Shown: positions 9,270 to 16,910 of the stretch, piece by piece
Position numbering within the stretch: position 1 is the first letter of the stretch
Layout of the letters: each line of letters starts with the position of its first letter
NCBI GenBank assembly: GCA_004524535.1
Contig: SDNY01000064.1
Span: 1-20,764 of the forward strand
Length of the DNA: 20,764 nt
Direction of reading: 5' to 3'
Source of the DNA: Promethearchaeota archaeon
Lineage (GTDB): Archaea; Asgardarchaeota; Lokiarchaeia; Sigyniarchaeales; SOKP01
Translations under genes and position numbers: made by a program
Notes under the pieces: generated by a model
Databases searched by the model: none
What the model was told of the DNA's origin: nothing
The model's input: the letters and a program-made list of their open reading frames with translations, nothing else

Positions 9270-9381
9270 GTTATGTGTGACTAATGTTATTATTTTTATT
9301 TACTATACTAAAAATTAAATTTTAATAAGAATTGAATATATATAATTAAGAGAAAAAAAGTTATTTTCAAAAAACCTAATC

Positions 9382-10206
9382 ATGGAAGTAAATGGAGATA
9401 AAGAAAAACTCTTAAGAGACACAATAGAGGATATAAAAAAAACCATCGCTCTTAAAGAAGATCAATTAAGCACTATTAATTCTACCTTGGTCCTTAAGGA
9501 TGCGCAAATAAAGACGTTAGAAGACTCGTTAAAAGTTAAAGAAGAAAAAATTAGCGCTTTAGAAAAGACGGTAAAACTAAAAGAAGAAGAATTAAAATCG
9601 ACGCCTGTCTCAACAGTTGATGAAGATGTACTAATAGAAAAAGAAAAGAAAATTGAAGAACTTCAAAAAGAGATTGAAGCATTAAACGATGAGCTAAATA
9701 AATCAGACGAAGTAATCGAGCAGTTAGAAGTAGAAAAAGAAAAATTAGAGGAAAAGGAAAAAAATTCCAAATCCTCAGATTCGAAAATTATTGATTTTAC
9801 AAATATTTCGATTAACACATCTGAGATTATTGAAAAAATGCGTGAAATTCTACAAAAAGCAATGCATAACGTATCAATTGTAGTTCCTAATATAACAGAT
9901 TTACAAGAGTTATACCTTTATGAAGTTAGGTCATCGGTTAATATGAAAATCTCTTGTGAAATTAATCCTGGAATCGAGGAAAACGCTGATTTATTAGATG
10001 AATATGAAAGTTTCGACAATATCTCTCTGAGAAATTTTGAGGGAAGCGATAGATACATTATAATAAGAGACGGTGAAGAATTATTGATTGGAGTTATTGG
10101 AAAAAGCGATAATAATCATCTAGTCTTTCACACAAGTGATCCTTCTCATATTAAACTCTTTAATTCTCTCGTAATGGAAGGTTGGCTGAGATCTAGGAAA
10201 ATATGA
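9382..10206 (+). CDS. Coiled-coil protein with C-terminal PLD-like/TrmB-effector-like domain (no intact HKD)
   Basis: N-terminal ~130 aa with 14-residue periodicity (LKEDQLSTINSTLV/LKDAQIKTLEDSLK/VKEEKISALEKTVK). The C-terminal 'EILQKAMHNVSIVVP...RYIIIRDGEELLIG...FNSLVMEGW' resembles the PLD-like fold. Confidence 0.6.
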   Translation: MEVNGDKEKLLRDTIEDIKKTIALKEDQLSTINSTLVLKDAQIKTLEDSLKVKEEKISALEKTVKLKEEELKSTPVSTVDEDVLIEKEKKIEELQKEIEALNDELNKSDEVIEQLEVEKEKLEEKEKNSKSSDSKIIDFTNISINTSEIIEKMREILQKAMHNVSIVVPNITDLQELYLYEVRSSVNMKISCEINPGIEENADLLDEYESFDNISLRNFEGSDRYIIIRDGEELLIGVIGKSDNNHLVFHTSDPSHIKLFNSLVMEGWLRSRKI

Positions 10207-10440
10207 GAACGAGGAAAAAACCATTCTTCAAATTTCTGCAGGATAGATGAAGTTTATGATTAATAAAAATAGAGTGGGTAAAAGATTTTTAAATTTTGGC
10301 AGGATTTGAAAAAGATAAACAAAAATAAGAAAAAAAAACAAAAAAATTATTCACTCTTAAAAACTTCAATAATACTTACATCATAGTTCTGGATTCCGTT
10401 ACGGGCGTGTAATTCACAACCACAATTTAGGTGAAGAAGG

Positions 10441-10730
10441 TTAGAATCCGTTTCTCCAAATATGCTAGCCAATAATGGAATGGCTTACGGTTATTCTATC
10501 TTTTATTTTTGTAGCAATGATTATCCAATTTCTCTATAAACGGATAGAGAAACTGCGTTTTCTACGGAATAATATGAAAAGAAATACTCGAAATAATTAA
10601 AGGATTTCTCTGATATTAGATGACCTCGTGGAATAGGATATCCTATTGAAGAGAAAATTGAAGGTGAATTTACTATTAAGCTTGAGGATTATAAACAAGA
10701 AGTTCTTAAGCTTAAAGAGTTTAAATCTAA
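10441..10730 (+). pseudogene. Probable decayed CDS remnant
   Basis: One frame reads LESVSPNMLANNGMAYGYSIFYFCSNDYPISL*TDRETAFSTE*YEKKYSK*LKDFSDIR*PRGIGYPIEEKIEGEFTIKLEDYKQEVLKLKEFK, with stops at 10537, 10570, 10594 and 10621. The last part is protein-like in composition. Confidence 0.35.
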
Positions 10731-10772
10731 TAAATCTAATTTTATATTAATTAAATCTAATTTTATATTAAT
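10722..10772. repeat. 21-bp perfect tandem repeat x2, preceded by a 9-bp partial copy
   Basis: taaatctaa (10722-10730), then taaatctaattttatattaat at 10731-10751 and 10752-10772. Confidence 0.9.
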
Positions 10773-10778
10773 TTATTT

Positions 10779-11498
10779 TCAAGTGAAAATTGGACATTTA
10801 GTCTTTTCACATCTGTCATTAATACCCGAAAATCTACACTCTATTGGTTCGTAATTTAAAACAATATCAAATTTCTCTTTTAAGAACTTTAATGTTTCAA
10901 TAATAGATATTTTTACAGATCTTTTACAGCAATGTTCTAGATTATCTGCGATTTTAGCTAATACTTTTGAGGTCATTTGATTTGCTAGTGTTCTTTCTTT
11001 ATCTTTTGATGGAGTAGCTCCTGTAAATATACTAATAGCAATCCCAGCGCCCATACCAGCACCACAAGTGCCATAAAAACCACACCACCCCCCTGGTATT
11101 TTGGATGCTCTTTTAATTGCCTCTTTAATATCCATAAAGGTTATATCGTCCCCGTTGGGTTTTTTTACATCATTATTTTTTAAAGCTGTTAATATAACTG
11201 CTGGGGTTAACACATGATGTTCAGGGCCATAAACTTTAAAATTATTATGCATCATAATCTTATCAGCTATTTCAAAAGGATTTTTTAAATCTGTATTTTC
11301 ACAAAATCTTGTTATTATTTCGATTGGAACATTGGAATGGCATGAATCGCATATATAATGACCATTTGGGCAATAGATATTTACAACATCACGTTTTAAA
11401 CAGAATTCACATTGAAGTTCTTTTCTATCCTCTAATTGAGTTGCGTAGACTAAATCATGACCACAAATTTCGCATTTATCCTTCTTTTTTTCTGACAT
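10779..11498 (-). CDS. Cys-rich DUF5714-family protein
   Basis: CEICG, CEFC, CPNGHYICDSCH, GPEHH, PGGWCGFYGTCGAG, CCKR and C-terminal Cys cluster, the pattern I recognise as DUF5714. Confidence 0.8.
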   Translation of the reverse strand: MSEKKKDKCEICGHDLVYATQLEDRKELQCEFCLKRDVVNIYCPNGHYICDSCHSNVPIEIITRFCENTDLKNPFEIADKIMMHNNFKVYGPEHHVLTPAVILTALKNNDVKKPNGDDITFMDIKEAIKRASKIPGGWCGFYGTCGAGMGAGIAISIFTGATPSKDKERTLANQMTSKVLAKIADNLEHCCKRSVKISIIETLKFLKEKFDIVLNYEPIECRFSGINDRCEKTKCPIFT

Positions 11499-11518
11499 TA
11501 TTAAACTTAAGGTTTTAA

Positions 11519-12373
11519 TTATATTATATCAATAAAAGATCTTTTTCTTTGACTAAAAGATGCTAATTTATTGTATCCAATTTTTTTTAATAATTTCAGC
11601 ATCTTTTTAAATTCATAAGCAAGTTCATTAGGATCATGGGCGTCAGATCCTAGCAAAATTGGGATTTCTAAATCACACATTTTTTTTAAGATCTCTTCAC
11701 TTGGATATTGTTCTTTAACATCTTTTCTAAATCCTCCTGTATTAATTTCAACAGTTAGATCTCTTTTTTTAATCAAATCAAGCGTTTTTGAAATCTCAAT
11801 CGTGATTAAATCTTTTGAATTCTTACTGGGAAATTTATTAAACTTTTTGGGCAAATCAAAATGACTTACTATATCAAAATCAAATTCCGTTGAATTTAGC
11901 ATTTTATGCATTGTCTGATAATATAGAAGAAAAACACGGTTTGGCCCTAAAGAATTATATTGTTCTAAAAATCTATTATCATCCATTGCCCAAGGTCCAT
12001 TCTCTAAGAATAATATATGCACCGATCCTAAAATATAATCCAAGCGAGATTTAACTTTATTCAGATGAGTATTTAATTTTTCTACTTGGTTTTCTATATA
12101 ATCTATTTCAAATCCTATTTTTAAATCGATTTTTTCTTTATTTTTTTTTTTTAAATTTTCAATTGTAGAAATATAACTCTCAATTTCATTCAAATTCATT
12201 CCATAATCCTCAATAGGAACTCCATCCATTCCTATTAGATAATCATATGGAAAATGATCGCTTATCCCCAGTAGATCTAAATCCAACTCAATACCTTTTT
12301 TAACATAATCCTCCAGAGATCCAATCGCGTGATGACACATTGAATTATGAGTATGCCAATCTTGTAGCTTCAT
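11519..12373 (-). CDS. hisK: Histidinol-phosphatase HisJ/HisK family (PHP domain)
   Basis: DWHTH...CHHA, ISDH, GFEID, LDYILGSVH, SHFDLPKKF, VEINTGG, LGSDAH. Confidence 0.85.
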   Translation of the reverse strand: MKLQDWHTHNSMCHHAIGSLEDYVKKGIELDLDLLGISDHFPYDYLIGMDGVPIEDYGMNLNEIESYISTIENLKKKNKEKIDLKIGFEIDYIENQVEKLNTHLNKVKSRLDYILGSVHILFLENGPWAMDDNRFLEQYNSLGPNRVFLLYYQTMHKMLNSTEFDFDIVSHFDLPKKFNKFPSKNSKDLITIEISKTLDLIKKRDLTVEINTGGFRKDVKEQYPSEEILKKMCDLEIPILLGSDAHDPNELAYEFKKMLKLLKKIGYNKLASFSQRKRSFIDII

Positions 12374-12467
12374 TTTCCTATTATCATGATTTATTTTAAA
12401 GATATTGCGTTTAAATAGCAGTATTAAATAAATAAGTTAAATTTTTTTATTATATAATATTAGAGAG

Positions 12468-13283
12468 TTGGTTAATTTGGAATTTAAAAATAAACAATTT
12501 GATGGTCCATATGAAGTATCTGAAATCCAAATTGATCAAATATTGAGAGGGATACTATATTTTCCTCCCCAATCTTTTAAAAAACCTTATCCATTAATAA
12601 TATACTTCCATGGTTTTCCTCAATTATCCCCTTTAATAGAGATCATTAAACGTTATAAATTTATGTTAGACATTGGATATTCATTATTAGTTTTTAATTT
12701 TAGAGGATACGGTTATAGTCAAGGCAAGATTTCGATTAGCTCACAAGTATTAGATGGAAAGAAGATAATTGAGTTAGTCAATGCAATGGTAAAAAATGAG
12801 ATTTTTGATATAAATAATATAAATATTATTGCTCATGATTTTGGAGCTTATATCGCTTTGATATTGTGTTCTAAAGTTAGAGTTATAAATAAATTATTAT
12901 TAATTAGTCCAATTTTAGAACTTAAGAAAAGAGTTAATGGTGAAGATTTTAAGAAAGCTCTACAATATATCAATCGATTTCTACCTAGAACCATTCATGG
13001 TATAGAAAATATTGAAGAATTCATACGAATGACTAAAAAAGAATTATCCAAAGAAGAATTTCAAATTGAAAAATGCATTCCAAAATTAAAAAATAAACAA
13101 CTTAAAATTATTATTGGAGAAATAGATAAAGTTTCACCTATAGTTGAAGTCAAGAAAATATTGAAAGGAGCAAATATAACTCCAGATATATTTATTATGG
13201 ATGGAATGGACCATGAATGCATTGAAGATGAGGATTACAAAAAGTATAATGAAGAAGTTTTAAAATTTTTTAAAATTAATTAA
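12468..13283 (+). CDS. Alpha/beta-fold hydrolase with Asp at the nucleophile position
   Basis: YFHGFP oxyanion motif, FNFRGYGYSQG, elbow IAHDFGA, GEID acid, MDH histidine. Confidence 0.85.
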   Translation: MVNLEFKNKQFDGPYEVSEIQIDQILRGILYFPPQSFKKPYPLIIYFHGFPQLSPLIEIIKRYKFMLDIGYSLLVFNFRGYGYSQGKISISSQVLDGKKIIELVNAMVKNEIFDINNINIIAHDFGAYIALILCSKVRVINKLLLISPILELKKRVNGEDFKKALQYINRFLPRTIHGIENIEEFIRMTKKELSKEEFQIEKCIPKLKNKQLKIIIGEIDKVSPIVEVKKILKGANITPDIFIMDGMDHECIEDEDYKKYNEEVLKFFKIN

Positions 13284-13293
13284 GAGTTTTTAA

Positions 13294-14205
13294 TTAAATC
13301 CCTTCCATTCTTTTTTTCTCTTCCTCTATCCTTTCTTTTTTAAGCTCTTTTTTTTCTTTATAAGTCATATGCTGGTCGTGTCTTTTAATATATAACTCTT
13401 CATATTTTTTTCTTAAATTTTCAACATCTTCAATCTGTCCCAATACATCCTCTAAACCATCTTCAAAAAATCTATTTTTTTTGAATTTCTTTGCGGGAAC
13501 CCCAACATAAATCCATCCCTCTTCTAATTCTTGACCGACAATAGTAACTGAATTCGCTGCTAAAACACTATTCTTTCCTATATGTGTACCTGGCATAACA
13601 ATAGCATGGGCACCTATTCTAACATTATCTTCTATTATTGTTTTCTTTATTATTAAGAGATTTCCTACAATTACAGCAGATTGAACGATGCTACCTTGCC
13701 CCACAACGACATTTTTTCCAAAATCTATAAATTCGCAATCTACCCAGCCCTCAAATAGCGAGTTTGAAAATTTTGTTTTTACACCAAACATTTTAAAAAC
13801 GACATTGTCTAAAAAAGGGAACGGAAATTTATGTGCTAGCCAAATTGGCCATTTTTTTATGGTATTTCGAAGACTCCAATAACGATAATCTCTATCTGAG
13901 GGCTTTCTTAAAAAGACACCTTCCTTAGGTTTATGAATTGCATTGACTATTAAAAGCAATATCTTAGCAAATAATAATGATGTGAAAACGGCTGAAACAT
14001 ACATTAGAAAGCAGAGTAGCGGAAGAAAAATATAAAAATGGATTGGCCTTATTGGATCCCAGAGCCATCTCCAATAAAACCATAATTCTAAGAGTACAGG
14101 AATCATCGAGACCCACATGAGAAATATATAAAAAATTAAATATCTTTTTTTTACTAAAACTGTTGGAACAAACGGACCTACCCTCATAGAAGTTGGAACA
14201 GACAT
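13294..14205 (-). CDS. Membrane protein, 2 TM + left-handed beta-helix (hexapeptide) acyltransferase-like domain (paralogue 3)
   Basis: Two N-terminal hydrophobic helices, HKPKEG, YWSLR, FGVK, hexapeptide repeats (IEDNVRIGAHAIVMPGTHIGKNSVLAANS), GVPA, charged helical tail. Confidence 0.85.
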   Translation of the reverse strand: MSVPTSMRVGPFVPTVLVKKRYLIFYIFLMWVSMIPVLLELWFYWRWLWDPIRPIHFYIFLPLLCFLMYVSAVFTSLLFAKILLLIVNAIHKPKEGVFLRKPSDRDYRYWSLRNTIKKWPIWLAHKFPFPFLDNVVFKMFGVKTKFSNSLFEGWVDCEFIDFGKNVVVGQGSIVQSAVIVGNLLIIKKTIIEDNVRIGAHAIVMPGTHIGKNSVLAANSVTIVGQELEEGWIYVGVPAKKFKKNRFFEDGLEDVLGQIEDVENLRKKYEELYIKRHDQHMTYKEKKELKKERIEEEKKRMEGI

Positions 14206-14222
14206 TTTTTCAAACCCTTGAA

Positions 14223-15122
14223 CTATATATTAATTTTATCCTTTTTATCTTCTTCAATATTAATTTCATGCTCAATGCTTATTGCCTGCTCATCATCAAC
14301 AATACTTTTTGTTATAAATTTCGAACCACCTAGTCTATTTGGTTTCAGCTTTATGCAAGGAATACCAAAGTAAATCCATTCTGTTTCTAAGAATTGACCA
14401 TAAACTGTAGCAGAAAGTGCGCCTAAAAATGAATCCTTTCCTGAAATAGTTCCTGGTGAGACACAAGCCATTCCTCCAATAATAGTATAATCACTAAATA
14501 TTAATTTTTTGATAATTAGGTACTTTCCAACAACCATTGAACTCATGACTACAGCACCTTGTCCAACCAAAACTTTCCGTCCAAATTGTATAAACTCCAT
14601 ATCACACCATGAATCTTGGAGATGACTTGAAAAATCCATCTTCACTCCAAACCATCGGAAAGCTAATGTATCAATCCACGGTAAAGGGCAATTTCTCACA
14701 AGCCACATTACTAATTTTTTTAATTCTGTTCTCATACACCAGAACTCAAAGTCTTTGTCTCCTTTCTGAGCTAAAAATATGCCTTCTTTCGGTTTATGAA
14801 TAAGATTAATTAAAATTAAAAAAAGCTTACTAAAAAAGATACATCCCAAAATAAAAATAAACAACATAGAAAAAATTGCGACGGGTAGGAATAAAATAGG
14901 AAAAAGATAAACCATCCAATCTTCTGTTATTGGAGGTAAATTCTTGAAATATTCATATAAATATATTCCAACTAATAACCCGCTAAACCAAAAAATTGGA
15001 ATATAAATTACAAGAAATTTGATACTAACTCTACCAATTGCGCTACTAGTTGTGAAATCAAGTGCATATTCCTTCTTATCAATATTTTCTTTATCTGATG
15101 TTTCAATTATCTTTTCAGTCAT
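14223..15122 (-). CDS. Membrane protein, 2 TM + left-handed beta-helix domain (paralogue 2)
   Basis: Two TM helices, HKPKEG, FWCMR, FGVK, D-x-x-FIQFGRKVLVGQG, IIGGMACVSPG, YFGIP. Confidence 0.85.
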   Translation of the reverse strand: MTEKIIETSDKENIDKKEYALDFTTSSAIGRVSIKFLVIYIPIFWFSGLLVGIYLYEYFKNLPPITEDWMVYLFPILFLPVAIFSMLFIFILGCIFFSKLFLILINLIHKPKEGIFLAQKGDKDFEFWCMRTELKKLVMWLVRNCPLPWIDTLAFRWFGVKMDFSSHLQDSWCDMEFIQFGRKVLVGQGAVVMSSMVVGKYLIIKKLIFSDYTIIGGMACVSPGTISGKDSFLGALSATVYGQFLETEWIYFGIPCIKLKPNRLGGSKFITKSIVDDEQAISIEHEINIEEDKKDKINI

Positions 15123-15131
15123 AGGTTTATT

Positions 15132-16031
15132 TTATAAGTTTTTTTCTCTATCATTGATTTCTTTTAAATTCTTATTTTTCTCTAAATCTTCTTCAGATAT
15201 TTTCAAATAATTCATTACTTTTTTCGTAAAAATTTTACGGCCTGGAATACCAAAATAATAATTATTACCTTTCGTAATCTGTTGTTTCGCAAAGGCACCA
15301 AGTGGTAACATATAAGAGTTATCTTTTATTTCACAACCAGGTCCAGCTATATTAAGTGCAGCCCAAGTAACATTATCTCCAACCTTTACTTCAAAATAAG
15401 GAATTCTTCCAAATATACCCTCGACTGCATGAGAACATATTGCTGAGTTAACTCCTATATAACAGTTATCCCCAACATCAATAAATTTATCAGCAACAAC
15501 CTCTTCTTCGATAGTTGTACCTTTCCCAATTTTACATGATCCTACAAAATTAAAGAACCAATTAGCCAACCATGGAAAAAGCCCTTTAGTAAATGCATTT
15601 TTTCCATATTTTATTATAAATGATCGGATATGGTAATAATTCAACGTATCACTAGGGACGGTCCGAAGAATAATCCCATTCTGAGTAGGACTCCTCCATT
15701 CAGTAAATCTCCAGAGCACTCGAGTTAATAAAGCAATAAGAAATAAATGTAAAAGGTAGCAACTAATTGTAATTAAAGGCATTAAAGCTAAAGCTAATAG
15801 GGGTCTAAGGTCTGTAAAAAGGGAGAAAAAATCATTGATATCCAAAAAAAAAGGTTTAAAAACTAAAAAAAAGTATAACATGAAAACAATTCCAGGAAGG
15901 AAATAAGATCCCAAATAAATAATAGCAAAAAAAGTTAAATATAAGTGAAATTGTAGGTTAATCTCTTGTTCTTTTTCGCCTTTTTTTTCTTCAGTATTAT
16001 TAATCTTTGGCTCTTCTTTCATATTAGCCAT
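15132..16031 (-). CDS. Membrane protein, 2 TM + left-handed beta-helix domain (paralogue 1, retains His)
   Basis: Two TM helices, PTQNG, YYHIR, CKIGKGTTI, DKFIDVGDNCYIGVNSAICSHAVEG, VKVGDNV, YFGIP. Confidence 0.85.
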   Translation of the reverse strand: MANMKEEPKINNTEEKKGEKEQEINLQFHLYLTFFAIIYLGSYFLPGIVFMLYFFLVFKPFFLDINDFFSLFTDLRPLLALALMPLITISCYLLHLFLIALLTRVLWRFTEWRSPTQNGIILRTVPSDTLNYYHIRSFIIKYGKNAFTKGLFPWLANWFFNFVGSCKIGKGTTIEEEVVADKFIDVGDNCYIGVNSAICSHAVEGIFGRIPYFEVKVGDNVTWAALNIAGPGCEIKDNSYMLPLGAFAKQQITKGNNYYFGIPGRKIFTKKVMNYLKISEEDLEKNKNLKEINDREKNL

Positions 16032-16234
16032 TTTATGTCCTTTTTATAAAGAATGCTAATTAATTATTGGTTTTAATGCAAAATTATGTAATATTTTAAT
16101 AGATAATTTTTTCAACTATTAATTTTTGACTATTATTTCTTTTAAATTATTTATCTACTAAAACGATTTCTTTTAAATATTTTAAGAATAATTGTAAAGA
16201 TAGTGGAGTTTTTAGTTTAGATACAAGTATGATT

Positions 16235-16900
16235 TTATCTATTAGAATCCATATACCCTTTTATATATTTATAAACTTCTTCAGCGGGTTGATATACTCC
16301 AAAATGCCCTTCGCATAAAATATCTGCTTTTAAATCAAGCAGTTTTTGCATTGATTTTTGATAATCGTCTAAATTAGAACCAAAACTTTTCATAAATGGA
16401 CCGTGAAGGTCTTGTCCAAATAAGATCTTAGTACCTTCAATTTCTACTAACACAGAAATAGATCCAGGAGTGTGGCCCGGAGTATGAATACATTGAAATT
16501 CATATTCACCCAATTTTAAGATCTCAATTTCTTTAGTGAATCTCTCATGTAATTTTATTGGTTTATAATCAACACCGTACCAAGATGCTGCAGTTTTACG
16601 ATCATATCCTTTTTGTTCAATAGCATCAGCATCTAAATCATGAGCGTAAAATTTCATATTCTCATTAAGTGAAACTTTTAATTCATAGCAGATAGCAATA
16701 TGATCTATATGGCAATGGGTTAGAATGCAATGTTTTATGTTTTTTGGATTTAATCCAAAACTATTGATATTTTTTACTATTAAATAAATATTCATCCCAG
16801 AATCAATTAAAACAAGACCATCATCACTATTTGTATTCACTAAATATACAGAACAACCAGAATCTCCTAAATGATACACATCTTTAAATATTTTTTTCAT
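16235..16900 (-). CDS. Metallo-beta-lactamase-fold hydrolase (glyoxalase II-like)
   Basis: LIDSG, THCHIDH, HTPGHTPGS, LFGQD, EGH. Confidence 0.93.
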   Translation of the reverse strand: MKKIFKDVYHLGDSGCSVYLVNTNSDDGLVLIDSGMNIYLIVKNINSFGLNPKNIKHCILTHCHIDHIAICYELKVSLNENMKFYAHDLDADAIEQKGYDRKTAASWYGVDYKPIKLHERFTKEIEILKLGEYEFQCIHTPGHTPGSISVLVEIEGTKILFGQDLHGPFMKSFGSNLDDYQKSMQKLLDLKADILCEGHFGVYQPAEEVYKYIKGYMDSNR

Positions 16901-16910
16901 TTCGATTAAA

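Larger units (their letters stand above)
7915..9300 (-). mobile_element. Non-autonomous tnpB-only element (IS200/IS605/IS607 group, IS1341-like); ends approximate
   Basis: tnpB with no tnpA, between housekeeping-type genes, with a 3' hairpin and an upstream palindrome. Exact ends cannot be fixed from one copy. Confidence 0.6.

Noticed and set aside
7903-9317. Imperfect inverted repeat around tnpB (ttactat-tgag-aaaaatta at 7903-7921 minus vs ttactat-act-aaaaatta at 9300-9317)
   Set aside because: Nearly all A/T, gapped, and tnpB elements normally lack terminal inverted repeats.
10204-10263. TGA read-through of the 9382-10206 ORF (18 more codons)
   Set aside because: The domain appears complete at ...WLRSRKI and the extension has no motif.
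10514-10556. Possible eukaryote-like SECIS (ATGA...tatcc/ggata...GA)
   Set aside because: The helix is only 5 bp, the quartet is out of register, and no neighbouring gene has an in-frame TGA at a conserved Cys position.
10207-10778. CRISPR or guide array associated with TnpB
   Set aside because: No repeat-spacer periodicity; the only repeats are adjacent tandem copies without spacers.
2564-15210. Short track ORFs 2564-2797, 3544-3750, 4910-5140, 6359-6553, 6918-7118, 7982-8179, 11309-11518, 13688-13882, 14609-14803, 15019-15210
   Set aside because: All are antisense or off-frame shadows of well-supported genes and have no recognisable motifs.
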